The notes under the pieces were generated by a model. The model made no database searches. It was not told the DNA's origin and saw only the letters and a list, made by a program, of their open reading frames with translations. A stretch of DNA of 64,000 nucleotides from Nitrosopumilus sp. (lineage in GTDB: Archaea > Thermoproteota > Nitrososphaeria > Nitrososphaerales > Nitrosopumilaceae): the NCBI GenBank assembly GCA_965207075.1, contig CBDBLO010000002.1:1024001-1088000 (forward strand), read 5' to 3'. The stretch's first letter is position 1. The number at the start of each line of letters is the position of its first letter. Of this stretch, positions 28,888 through 38,931 are shown piece by piece. A program made the position numbers and the translations under genes.

Positions 28888-29850
28888 CTTCCTCCAAAAC
28901 TATGGGCTACGTCGGCTCTGCTCCATATTTAGTTTTGGAAATTGCATGCACAAGACGCGCGCAAGACCGTAACCGTCGGCCATCTTTCCAAAGTCGCGGA
29001 GGTTTAAAGATCGCGGCGCGTTATGGTTGCAAGCCACCCTGATTGTGTGGCCGCTGCGCCAATAAACCTCCAAAGGAGGCGTGGCAAAGAACACAAAGGA
29101 CGTGGGACGAATCGAGTTGACGCGCGTGTTGCGGTTCCCCCCCCCCATCCCCCCTTCGCGCATGCGCGCGAAAAACGGCAGGGCAAAAACACACTGCGCA
29201 TATCACGTTTGGCGCGGTGGCTAGACGCGTAGAGGCTGCAATTAGCAGTCCTGCAGCGCACTAGAATTAAGTTTGCGCGGCTGGCGCCTTTTTGCGCCTG
29301 CACGCGTCTGTCTTGGCCGGCCTTGCGTGACCGCGCCCCGTCCTTTTCATGCCGGCAACCTGTTGGCACTCGATCTTCCCTACGCCCCCACAGATTCCAC
29401 GGTCCGCTGGCAGCTTGGTGGGCATGGGCCGCTGACCTCTCACCATACTCCGACCCGTCCAAGACCCCGCCGCCGTTTTCTGGAGGCTGGACCAGCTGCG
29501 GCCGGACTTCTCCACATTCCTGATATGCGGCGCCGCGGCGGCGGCGGCGGCGGCGGGGTGACGCGTCCGCCGCATCGATGCGGGGCCGTCGTGCAACGGC
29601 CGCCTCGGAGGGTGCTTGGCGGGGCTGCATGCATGTTCAGCTCGTGCAAATCCAAAACCTGCCGGCAAGTCCATTTCGCGCCGGCTCGCCGAAACTGCGT
29701 GGGCGTTACCGTCGTCTCTGCCTTGTATGGGCCCGCGCTCTCCGTGGAATCTGAGAGCGGAAGCAGGCAGGCACGAATTTTCAAGGGGCCCGAGCCCGGG
29801 CTTTATTTTGCAAGATAGATTTATTACTCTATTTATGCCAATCGTATCAT

Positions 29851-31083
29851 ATGAATAGAGTATTTCTTGTGGTGGGTCTTGCCGCCGCCGCCGGCCTGCT
29901 CACTCTTGGAGGGGGCGCCTCCGACTCGTGGGCCGCCCAACTTGACGCTACCATAATCCCGACTGCAGATACCTCGCCCTTTAAGATGAGCTATCTGAAG
30001 ACCATTCACATATGGTACGAGAATGGCGGGGTGCTGGTCGACGAGCTGCAAGGAAACGACATCACCGTATCGGGCCAGTATGATTCCAGCCATCCTGACG
30101 TGCAGTCCCTAATCAATAGGCTCAACGCGGCCATACTCCAGAGCGGCAGTCAGGTCAGCATATCCGACATGGACGTGGACTATACGTTCGCACTCTACGG
30201 CGGCGACGAGCGTGCGTCGCTAGACTACAAGATTATTCTGACTGGGACGCTTGTGAACTATGTAATTACGCAGGACACCCAGAAGACACTCGTTGATCTG
30301 GGCTGGAGGGGACTCTCAGTTGACGGCAGCGTTATGATTGACGGCCAGGAGATCAATGATCCGTTTACGTTTGTAGCGGACAACCTGCCAGTGACGCGGG
30401 ACACGATATCCGGGACCGCCGGAGAGCGCATATTCGACGAGTATCTGCTTAATGCCGACTTTGTCCTGGAACAACCGCTTGAGAACTGGCACTTTCTGTT
30501 CGACCCGACTGGAATCAACGTCGATGCCGGAACCTTCGGACTAGGCGATGAGATATCAGGCTTTGTAAAGTCGAGCTGGACCATGGGCGAGAGCAACCTT
30601 CAGCAGGGAAGGCAGGTCGAACGAATCGAGGAGGAGATCATAATGGTTGATCAAGAATACGTGGTAAAGAGCATACAGTCCCCCGACCAGGGCAACCTGA
30701 ACATAATCGGATACGGCGTCATTGACATCCTTGAGGGAGTTGAGATTGCAGGCGTGACGTCCACTGCGCCTAGCAATACGGCCACGGGCGACTTTCCAAT
30801 AATGATCATATATGGCATGGCCGGAATGGCCGCCGTCGCGGGCATTGCGTTCTTTTTCGTAAGCAATCGCGCACTAAAGAACGAAAAGCAGGGCCAGCAG
30901 GGGATAGACCCCACCCACCTCGTGGGATACCAGACCAGCTCGGCGTCCGGGGGATACCAGACGAACAGGGGCGAGGCCCAGCTGAAGGGCGACGTGGATT
31001 ATCAAAAGACGCGCAGCCATTACGAGCAGGACCCGACGCGGCAGCAGCAGCAGAGTGAGTCCAGCTCGAGGGCCCCCGTGTGA
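29851..31083 (+). CDS. Secreted/membrane-anchored protein; reading frame continues past TGA to 31230 as a Cys-rich tail
   Basis: Signal peptide, C-terminal TM (IIYGMAGMAAVAGIAFFF), cytoplasmic tail. Confidence 0.8.
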   Translation: MNRVFLVVGLAAAAGLLTLGGGASDSWAAQLDATIIPTADTSPFKMSYLKTIHIWYENGGVLVDELQGNDITVSGQYDSSHPDVQSLINRLNAAILQSGSQVSISDMDVDYTFALYGGDERASLDYKIILTGTLVNYVITQDTQKTLVDLGWRGLSVDGSVMIDGQEINDPFTFVADNLPVTRDTISGTAGERIFDEYLLNADFVLEQPLENWHFLFDPTGINVDAGTFGLGDEISGFVKSSWTMGESNLQQGRQVERIEEEIIMVDQEYVVKSIQSPDQGNLNIIGYGVIDILEGVEIAGVTSTAPSNTATGDFPIMIIYGMAGMAAVAGIAFFFVSNRALKNEKQGQQGIDPTHLVGYQTSSASGGYQTNRGEAQLKGDVDYQKTRSHYEQDPTRQQQQSESSSRAPV

Positions 31084-31360
31084 ACGGCGGAGGGCGCCGC
31101 GTGCGGGTGCGCCGCGTCCGTCGAGATGAGCTCCGAGTGTGACTGCCAGATGCAGGCCTCGTGCATCTGCGACCACACGTGCCCGTGCGGCGCCGATCTC
31201 TGCGAAGAGATGGCCGAAAGCATGAGATGATGATGCTGCGGCCGGCCTGCTGCCCTGCGGTTGTGCACAAAGCCGTTTTTTGCCGCCGCCGCTACTGGGA
31301 TGCGGGTCTGGTGGCGCCGGCGGCGCCGATGGCCAGCCAGGTGCCGGCGGACGTCTTGTT

Positions 31361-31644
31361 GGTGTGTGCTGAGAGTAACCCTCCTTCTGTTCTCGCGACA
31401 TTTCGCTTTGCGGCCCACCTGAGCCTGGTACAGGTCCTGCGGCTCCGTTTGGCCTTTCTCCGTGCGGGTCGGCTTCTTTCACTCCGTTCATGGGAACCTC
31501 AGGGTCTGCCATCACAGTGCCCCATGTTGGATCATTTTCTGCTCCGTTGCCAGCCGTCTCCGACTATCCATCTCCGGATCACACCCCTGTATGGAGGGAG
31601 GAGTTTCCTCTGCCGTGGCAGCGTTCGCGCTTCAGCTCACACGG
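31361..31644 (-). ncRNA. rnpB: RNase P RNA
   Basis: Minus strand carries GAGGAAACTCCTCCC and AACAGAAGGAGGGTTAC (P4 pair); ends GTGTGAGCTGA / TCAGCACACAC pair as P1; TTATA about 25 nt upstream. Confidence 0.9.
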
Positions 31645-31793
31645 TGTGCCCGGCGCATGGGCCTATAATCTGTGTTTCGCCGGATCTCTTTGGCGGTGGC
31701 GGTGATGGCTGCCGTTGCTGCCGCTGCTGCTATGGCGGCTGTGCGGTGCCGCAGAGCCCTGCCCTGCCCCCGGCTGCCGCTCCGGCCAGCATG

Positions 31794-32435
31794 TCACTCT
31801 GCGGGCTTTCTTCCCCTCAGAAACAGCGTTCCGGTATTCCTCTTCCATGCGTCCTTGGCGGCCGGGTCCTTGAGGCGCCTGGACCTCACCTCGAACCCCG
31901 CCCCGGCCAGCATGTCTTTCCACTCGCCCTCGGAGTACAGGTGCATCGTAATCCCCATGGCCGCCGCCCACCTCCTTGTGGACGTGTTTTCCGAGTAAAA
32001 GTCCGTCCCGCACAAAAAGACGCCCCCCGGCCTTAGGAGCCGGTATATCTTTGCAAGGGCGGCGCCAACGGAATCCGCATAATATATCGACTCCATTGCA
32101 AGCACATAGTCGAATTTCCGGCCCCTGTACTTCCACTCCTCTATGTCGGCGCAAAGGTACCTCTCCCTTCCGGTGTTGCCCGGATCTGATTCCGCGCGGC
32201 TGATCATGTTGGCGCTCTTGTCTATCCCCACGCTGAGCCTGCAGCCGGGGTGCCTGGACGCCACCAGCCTGACGACCCATCCGTTTCCGCACCCGATGTC
32301 AAGAAACGTAAACTCGCCCCCGAATCTTGCGGATCTTAGCATTGCAGACACGCTCTTGTAGTGGCCCCTCTGCATGTCTTCGGCCTTGCCGTTGAGGGCC
32401 CACGAGTCGAACTTTTGCGCTGTCGCGTCAGGCAT
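31794..32435 (-). CDS. Class I SAM-dependent methyltransferase
   Basis: FLDIGCGNG, GIDKS, LLRPGG. Confidence 0.9.
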   Translation of the reverse strand: MPDATAQKFDSWALNGKAEDMQRGHYKSVSAMLRSARFGGEFTFLDIGCGNGWVVRLVASRHPGCRLSVGIDKSANMISRAESDPGNTGRERYLCADIEEWKYRGRKFDYVLAMESIYYADSVGAALAKIYRLLRPGGVFLCGTDFYSENTSTRRWAAAMGITMHLYSEGEWKDMLAGAGFEVRSRRLKDPAAKDAWKRNTGTLFLRGRKPAE

Positions 32436-32701
32436 GCTGTGATCACCGGCGCGTTGCGGCATGCCATATATAGTTCAAAATCATCTCCTGCATCCTTCTG
32501 GATGATGGGCCGGAGGCCGCCCCGATTGTGCCCGCGCGCGGCAGGCGCCTCAGAGGGCAGGCGGGCCTGCCGCGTCCACAGGTCGTGCTCGCGGCCCTGC
32601 CCCGCGCCTCGGCCGATCTTAAAGCCGGGCGACGGCTTGCTGTCCTCCGGCCCCGCCGCCTCTTTCTGCGATCCGACGTGCGCCGCTGCCGCGCGCCGCG
32701 G

Positions 32702-33949
32702 CTACCTCAGCCTGTCTCCGACGAGCCTGAACAGGTGCCTTGCCGCCGTGCCGGGCCTGCGCGCGGCCATTCTCGCCATGTCGAGCACCCCGAACTCCGC
32801 CTTTACAAACGAGACGAACTCGCCAGGGGTCATGCCCCTTATGATGTCAAGCTCCCTGTCCCACTGCTCGTCTGAGAGCCCGAGCCACCTGTCCTGTATC
32901 CTGCCCGCCGACCTGACGCGCGACTCGATTGCGCTCCGCCATCCCTTCTCGTACGGGAGCAGCATTCTGGACGACGTGTCACCTGCCAGGACCGCCGACG
33001 CGGCGGTGGAGCCGGCCAGCCGCCCAAAGCGGATCGCGTACCTGATGCCCTCCAGTACCAGCGGGTTTGCCTGCCCCGCCGAGTCTCCGACAAGCATCAG
33101 GCCGTCGTATACCGTTCTTCGCGCGAGGCCGTCGTTTGGAATCAGCCCATAGTGGAACTCCGTGACCCTGATGTCTCCCAGGTCCGCTATCGGGCCCTCC
33201 CTGTCTGCGACAAGCCGCTTTAGTATGTGGGTCGGGTCCGCGCCGCTCTCGGGCTTGCCCACCCCCACACCGATCCTGACGGTTTTGCCGCCGACTGGGA
33301 ATATCCACGCGTATCCTGCGGGCGAGTACCTCTGTCCGACCATGAGCCACCACATGTCGGGGTTCACGTTCTCCACCTCTGCCTCGTATTCGGCCCCGGC
33401 CCCGAACCTGTCCCACTGCCATTGCATGCCTGCGGCCCTGGACACTATGGAGGCAAAGCCGCTTGCATCTATGATGACGTCCGCCTTGTGCATGGTGCTC
33501 TGCCCGTCCCTTGCCACCGTCACGCCGCTGATCCTGCCGCCCGGATCCCTCGTGACGCCGGTTACCGCAGCGCCCGTGACGATGCGGGCGCCCGCCCTGC
33601 CCGCCTGCGACGCGAGCCACCTGTACGTGGCCCTCACGTCGAGGACGGCCGCCGTGGGCTCGTCTCCGCCCCCTATGCTGACCGTGTTGTTCGGGGAGCA
33701 GAATGAAAACCCGCTGACTGGGTTGTAGTATTCCTGCGGGATGCCAAACTCCCTGACCTCGTCTATCCAGGTGACGCCGCTTGTCCTGACCGTCTGCGCA
33801 ATGGAATCCTCCTTTTCAAACAGCACGACGCTGGCCCCGCCCGACGCCGCCGCGTACGCCGCGGACGAGCCGGCAGGGCCGCCCCCCACCACTATCACGT
33901 CTGTCCGGCCTTGATTCTGGCCGCTGTCATCTGCCGTGCCTGCAGGCAA
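32702..33949 (-). CDS. Geranylgeranyl reductase-family FAD oxidoreductase
   Basis: VVGGGPAG, IIDASG, PAGYAWIFP, LVGDSAGQANPL.LEGI. Confidence 0.9.
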   Translation of the reverse strand: MPAGTADDSGQNQGRTDVIVVGGGPAGSSAAYAAASGGASVVLFEKEDSIAQTVRTSGVTWIDEVREFGIPQEYYNPVSGFSFCSPNNTVSIGGGDEPTAAVLDVRATYRWLASQAGRAGARIVTGAAVTGVTRDPGGRISGVTVARDGQSTMHKADVIIDASGFASIVSRAAGMQWQWDRFGAGAEYEAEVENVNPDMWWLMVGQRYSPAGYAWIFPVGGKTVRIGVGVGKPESGADPTHILKRLVADREGPIADLGDIRVTEFHYGLIPNDGLARRTVYDGLMLVGDSAGQANPLVLEGIRYAIRFGRLAGSTAASAVLAGDTSSRMLLPYEKGWRSAIESRVRSAGRIQDRWLGLSDEQWDRELDIIRGMTPGEFVSFVKAEFGVLDMARMAARRPGTAARHLFRLVGDRLR

Positions 33950-34018
33950 TATGGCGCGTGGGCGCGGCCCCGTTATATTCTAAACATGCGCGGTGCACTC
34001 GCGAGCCACGGCTGGCGC

Positions 34019-34228
34019 CTACTTTTTGAGGACGGGGTTGCCCGCAGTGTCGTTCTCTCTTTCAGCGTCAAAGGTTTCCATGTGCGCTTCGTCCCTGTGC
34101 ATGTAGCTGTGCGTCTTGCCCATCTCCTTGCGGCAAAACTTTGAGTGGACGGTCTCCTGTATCTTTAGCGTGGCCTCGTTGTCGTGGTACAGGCGCTTGC
34201 CGCAGTCGGCGCATACCAGTTCCGGCAT
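34019..34228 (-). CDS. Small Zn-binding hypothetical protein
   Basis: CADCG..H..C. Confidence 0.6.
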   Translation of the reverse strand: MPELVCADCGKRLYHDNEATLKIQETVHSKFCRKEMGKTHSYMHRDEAHMETFDAERENDTAGNPVLKK

Positions 34229-34349
34229 GCATCGAGTCTGCGCCGAATCTATTTAGATGTTTCATGGTTGTGCATCCCCGGGCCGGCTCCGGATCTGCGT
34301 GGGCGCCCGGGGCCTTGGAACCTTGGGCCGTGGCCCTGCCGCGGTTCGG

Positions 34350-34488
34350 ATTTGACGGCAGACGTATTAGGTGCCCCGTGCAGCGCGGTTCATGGAAGAT
34401 GCGCAGACTCTCTCCTTTGTGCTGTGGTCGGCAATCACGGGGATGGTGCTGGTCGTATCCGCGCTGTGCTACAAGGCGTATGCCGGAC
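34350..34488 (+). repeat. Dispersed ~140-bp repeat, copy 2
   Basis: Inverted homologue of 21901-22040. Confidence 0.85.
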
Positions 34489-34517
34489 GAAGCCGCAGGG
34501 GGATCGCACCCGCGTGA
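34392..34517 (+). CDS. Small single-TM peptide (41 aa, not in ORF track)
   Basis: MEDAQTLSFVLWSAITGMVLVVSALCYKAYAGRSRRGIAPA: acidic N-terminus, ~20-aa hydrophobic helix, basic C-terminus; frame preserved in the other repeat copy. Confidence 0.5.
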   Translation: MEDAQTLSFVLWSAITGMVLVVSALCYKAYAGRSRRGIAPA

Positions 34518-34558
34518 CCGGCACCTGCCTGCATCCTGTCTGCGTGCGGCGGGCCGCG

Positions 34559-35530
34559 TCACTGCTCCTGCTCTTGCTGCCCCCTATCGTGCCGCTCCCT
34601 TATGTGCCTGATTATGCACGTATAGTCGAGCTCCCCGTGCCCCTCCCTGAGCGCCTCGTCGTACACCTTTTCTGCCGCCTTTGTCATCGGCAGATCCGCG
34701 CCTAGCAGGCCTGCCGCGGACGTCATTATTCCTATGTCCTTTCTCAGGTTTGCAAGCGTAAACGTCGGGTCCTGCCGGCCGCTTATCATGTTATAGGCCT
34801 TTTTGCGACTCATCCCCGTGGAGAAGTAGGTGGAGTTCAGCACGTCAAGGAATGTTTTGGGATCGGCCCCGGACCTGTCCACCAGCGTGATTCCCTCCGC
34901 AAGCGAGAGCGCAAGCATGGTTATCTGCATGTTCATTGCAAGCTTGATGGTGTGGGCCGTGCCGGGCTTGTCGCCGAGATAGAATGCGCTCTCTGCCATG
35001 TAGTCAAATACTTGGCTGCACGCGTCAAACGCGACGCGGCTGCCGGACGCCATCACGACCAGCCTTCCCGCCGCGGCCGCGTCGGGGCCGCCCATGACGG
35101 GGGAGTCCACCCTGCCTATGCCGTACCGCGCGTACTCCGCGGTGATCTCCTCTGAGCCTGCCGGATCGATCGTGCTCATGTCTGCCACTGTCAGGCCCCC
35201 GTGACGGCCTTCCACGATCCCGCCGGGGCCGAACGAGACATCTCTGACCGCGTCCGCGTCCTTCACGATTGTAATTACAACGTCGGACTCTCTGGCGACT
35301 GCCGCAGGCGACCTCAGAACCCTGGCCCCAGCGGCCCCTGCAGCTCCCGCGTTCTGGGCGGTCCTGTTGTATGCGGACACCGCGTACGCGCCCGATTCTG
35401 CGAGCCTGACTGCGACGGCGCTTCCGAGCATGCCCGTGCCTACTATTCCGATGCGTGGCCTTGCAGGGCCGGTGCTGGGCGCCTCCGCCTCCTTCCCCCC
35501 CTGCATCTTAACGTCTGCCACGGGCGTCAC
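34559..35530 (-). CDS. 3-hydroxyisobutyrate dehydrogenase-family oxidoreductase
   Basis: IGIVGTGMLG, YNRT, DMSTI, DSPVMGG, IKLAMN. Confidence 0.9.
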   Translation of the reverse strand: MTPVADVKMQGGKEAEAPSTGPARPRIGIVGTGMLGSAVAVRLAESGAYAVSAYNRTAQNAGAAGAAGARVLRSPAAVARESDVVITIVKDADAVRDVSFGPGGIVEGRHGGLTVADMSTIDPAGSEEITAEYARYGIGRVDSPVMGGPDAAAAGRLVVMASGSRVAFDACSQVFDYMAESAFYLGDKPGTAHTIKLAMNMQITMLALSLAEGITLVDRSGADPKTFLDVLNSTYFSTGMSRKKAYNMISGRQDPTFTLANLRKDIGIMTSAAGLLGADLPMTKAAEKVYDEALREGHGELDYTCIIRHIRERHDRGQQEQEQ

Positions 35531-35970
35531 CTCCTCTCCTCGTCCCTTACTGTCCACTGGCCCCTGCCGAACCTTGACGCGACAAACTCTATCTGTCCCA
35601 CGACCCTGTCGCCCCTCCTGACCTTTGCATAGTCAAACCGCTCCATTCTCAGCACCTTCTCCCTCGGCTTGTACCCGCCCTCGATCACCTTCACCTTGAA
35701 GCGCTTGCTTGCTTTTATGATCATCTTTCTTGCCGTCTGCACGTCGCCTATCCATGAGAACATCTCAAACCTGCCAAAATTTTTCGTCTCGACGCTGTAC
35801 CCGTACAGCCTAGCCTCGAGCTTGATCTTTCTGGCCTCCGCCTGACCGTTGAGCCAGTCGACTACCTCCCTGCCGCTCCCCTCCTCCACGCCAAACGTCT
35901 CCGAGTCCTTCACGCAGTCGATTTGAATGCGGCCGTAATATTGATTCCCTTCCGGCGTGCCGGCGCACAT
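35527..35970 (-). CDS. Conserved hypothetical protein
   Basis: 147-aa ORF, GTGA-coupled to the downstream gene. Confidence 0.7.
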   Translation of the reverse strand: MCAGTPEGNQYYGRIQIDCVKDSETFGVEEGSGREVVDWLNGQAEARKIKLEARLYGYSVETKNFGRFEMFSWIGDVQTARKMIIKASKRFKVKVIEGGYKPREKVLRMERFDYAKVRRGDRVVGQIEFVASRFGRGQWTVRDEERR

Positions 35971-36051
35971 GCTGCTTGGCGCCGCGCCGGTTCGTGGATT
36001 GCCGGTTATGCCGGCCCGCCGTTTGAGCCGCCCGAGTCTGTGGCAGCAACT

Positions 36052-37434
36052 CAGTCAACCCAACAGCGTCCCCAAACGGCTGGTTAGGGCGGCGGCTTCG
36101 GCGGCGGCTTCGGCGGCCTTGGAGGCAGCGTGCGGGCTAGGATGCGCAGCAGAATGTACGTGGTCATCTCGTCCTGCGTTACCACGGGCGTCCCGTCCCA
36201 GTCCGGATGATCCTGCGCGTTCTGGGCCGCGTGCAGTATGTTGAACATCACCCACGCGTTGAACAGCATGATCCCGTAAAGGAAGCAGAACGCGCGCAGC
36301 TCCGCGTTCTTGGACCGGGTCTTTGGCCTCGCGTGCTCGATCATCCTGTACCCCGTCTCGACGCCCCAGCGCCGGGAGTATTCCTCGACGTCGAGGTCGG
36401 GGTTGTTCGTAGCAAACATGATGTAGCGCTCGTGCGGCGGCAGGTCAGGATCGTCGTAATCCGCGCCGCCGCCGGCGCGCCTCTTGCGCACTGCAATGAC
36501 TCCCGTGTACCGGACGCAGTTGTATCCGTCCGATATGACGACCTCCGACCTGGACCCGCGCATGCCGGCTGCAAACCTGTTGATCTCCTCCACGACGGTC
36601 GTGGTGTTCCTGCACGGTATGATGTAGTCGATGTTTTCGTCGGCCAGCACCCTCATCACGGACGTGTCAAAGAACTCCCTGTCGGCCATCAGGACTCCGA
36701 TCCCGACCCCGTGCCCCCTGCATATTGTGACCAGTTTTCGTAGGTAATCCGCGCTGTCCTCCAGCGCCGGCATCGGAAGCGCCCCGAGCGTCAGCCTGGC
36801 CCCCGGGGTCACCGACTGGATCGTAAAGTAGCGCTCAAACCACTGCGTCCCGTCCTTCCACCTGGACCTGTGGAGCTCGGGCCCGCGCTCCTTGTCGTAC
36901 CTCGGTATGAGGTGCATGTCTATTGCCACGTCGAGCCTGCCCGGCAGGAGCCCCCGGTCGCGGAGCAGGTCCAGGTTCGCGTCGAGCTCCTCCCGAAACG
37001 CCGCAAGCGCCGTGCCGGGCCTGATCCTCGCGAGGTGCTTTCGCTGCCACTCGCCGCAGGGCATGGCCGCCTCCGCCTCCGCGAGCCTCCTCCCTATGAT
37101 CCTGTTGTGCGCTCTCCTTGCAGAGTCCGCGCGCCCGGACGAGGACGAGCTGAATACCCCGCCCAGCAGCAGCCCGTCGTTCAGGTGCCCCTCCGTGAAC
37201 ACGGCGTTCGGGGCATGCGAGACGGGCAGCATGCGCGCCACTATCCCCTCCATGGTCCCGACGACACTTTCATAAACGTCGATCCGTGACGTCATATCGC
37301 GTTCCAGTGGTCCTGTTGTCACGAAGAGTTCCGTTGGAACGCCCTCTTATAGATCTATACGCGCAGATACTTTTGACATGCGCTGAAGCCGGTGCCAAAA
37401 ACCAGTTAGTCTGGCCTAACTATTGGCTTGACTG
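36052..37434 (-). mobile_element. Complete ISH3-family IS (1383 bp)
   Basis: Imperfect TIR CAGTCAACCCAA / CAGTCAAGCCAA; 5-bp TSD CAACT (36047-36051, 37435-37439). Confidence 0.9.
36084..37322 (-). CDS. ISH3-family DDE transposase
   Basis: AIDMHLIPRY, LMADREFF, YSRRWGVETGYR. Confidence 0.9.
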   Translation of the reverse strand: MTTGPLERDMTSRIDVYESVVGTMEGIVARMLPVSHAPNAVFTEGHLNDGLLLGGVFSSSSSGRADSARRAHNRIIGRRLAEAEAAMPCGEWQRKHLARIRPGTALAAFREELDANLDLLRDRGLLPGRLDVAIDMHLIPRYDKERGPELHRSRWKDGTQWFERYFTIQSVTPGARLTLGALPMPALEDSADYLRKLVTICRGHGVGIGVLMADREFFDTSVMRVLADENIDYIIPCRNTTTVVEEINRFAAGMRGSRSEVVISDGYNCVRYTGVIAVRKRRAGGGADYDDPDLPPHERYIMFATNNPDLDVEEYSRRWGVETGYRMIEHARPKTRSKNAELRAFCFLYGIMLFNAWVMFNILHAAQNAQDHPDWDGTPVVTQDEMTTYILLRILARTLPPRPPKPPPKPPP

Positions 37435-37478
37435 CAACTGCGCCAAGACTAAAATTGCATCGTGTGGCATGCGGCGCA

Positions 37479-37862
37479 ATGCTCGTGGTTGACTGCAAGG
37501 ACGTGCTGCCCATACGAAACGAGCTGCTGGTGTACGTCTCCGATCAGGTGGCCGCCATACCTACCCTGCAGAACAACCAGTTCACCCTCTCGACGCTTGA
37601 CGAGGACGAGGACGGCGGCTCCCGGATCGACGCCGGCACGGTGGTCGACTCGATCAGGGAGTTTCTTGACTCGATTGGCGAGGGCCGTAACTTTGCAGTA
37701 ATCGCAAACAACGACGTAATTACGATCGCGTCCGTGACCGGGAGGCCGATAGAGCGTGACTCGTCCCCATCCCCGCAGGAGATGTTCAACTGCAGCCACT
37801 GCGGGTTCGTCACGCGGTACGAGACGGAACTGAACGTCCATATGCGCATCCACTACTTTTAG
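37479..37862 (+). CDS. Protein with C-terminal C2H2 zinc finger
   Basis: FNCSHCGF...ELNVHMRIH. Confidence 0.8.
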   Translation: MLVVDCKDVLPIRNELLVYVSDQVAAIPTLQNNQFTLSTLDEDEDGGSRIDAGTVVDSIREFLDSIGEGRNFAVIANNDVITIASVTGRPIERDSSPSPQEMFNCSHCGFVTRYETELNVHMRIHYF

Positions 37863-38041
37863 TCCGCGCGGGGGTCCGGCATGCTGATGGCATCGGTGCG
37901 GCCTGCGCTATGGTTGTGCGGCATGTCTCCGGTGCTGGGAGCCGGCGGCACTGGCACGTGCAAGTGCTTGAGTCGCGCGCCGCCTTGCCGTCACCGCTGC
38001 GGCGGCCTGACTTTTATAAACAACGCTGCCGCATATCATAC

Positions 38042-38266
38042 ATGCCCGAGTCAGAGAACAGGGGGACGTCCAAGGTATACTGCGAGTCATGCGATCGGGT
38101 CTTTGATTCGCGCAAGCAGTATGAGATGCACTTTGGAAGCTCGTCGTACACGTCTGGCCGGTGCGGCAAAAGCCGCAGTGACGGGGGCACGGGCGACATC
38201 TCTTGCGATTCCTGCCCGCTTGACACCGCCATCTCAAAGCTTTTGGGACTCTTCAGGCGTAGATAG
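38042..38266 (+). CDS. Small Zn-finger protein
   Basis: CESCDRVF..H and CDSCP; TTTATAAA at ~38013. Confidence 0.7.
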   Translation: MPESENRGTSKVYCESCDRVFDSRKQYEMHFGSSSYTSGRCGKSRSDGGTGDISCDSCPLDTAISKLLGLFRRR

Positions 38267-38931
38267 GGATTCTGAGCGCCCGATTCTGCCATGCTCGTAC
38301 GCGCGCCGTGCCGTGAAACCCGGCAGGCTGAGATCACGTCGGTCTTACAGTGGGTGGTCCGGGACCGCAGTGCGCGCGTAATGTCTGCGGCCTGCATTCC
38401 TCCCGCTTGCCTGTCGGACTCGTAAAAGCCGTGGTTTGTGTTCGTTTGTATGGAAAAGGATCCGCCATTGGGGGAGGGGGGGGGGGGAGGGGAGACGTGT
38501 GGGTTGTATGGCACGTCGGATATCATTCGTACTTTCCCAGCTTGGGCCTTCCAATGCACCTTGTAGCTCTCCGAAGAGTTGCCTGCATCCCTTTTTTCTT
38601 ATCGGCCGCTGCCATGCCTGCAAAAAATACGCTGGCGGGGCGCGGCAGGCAGAAGGCTGTCTCCCGCGACGCGGCAATGTCTGGCGCTCCCCTCCCCCCT
38701 CCAAGGCGCCGATATGGTTTGACTCGCCCCTGCATGACGCCGTTGGTTTGTTTAAAGGGGGCTTCCTTGGCTGCCTTTGGCCGTTTGTTCCCCGCGGTAG
38801 CACCCCTTGCGGCAGCTGGGTGCGCCGGCGCACGGCTGGTTTATGGACTGCATGCTGGGATTTGATGTGGAGGGATCTGAACGGTTGCAACTGCCTTGCG
38901 GCAAGTCTTTTTATAAGAACGCGCGGGCGTC

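Noticed and set aside
11040-31083. Genome-wide TGA recoding or selenocysteine suggested by two in-frame TGAs
   Set aside because: TGA terminates many normal genes here, the integrase has other inactivating changes, and the 31081 TGA is in a linker rather than a Cys position
30874-32036. ORFs 31161-32036 (+) and 30874-31515 (-)
   Set aside because: They overlap RNase P RNA and real genes; composition is non-protein-like
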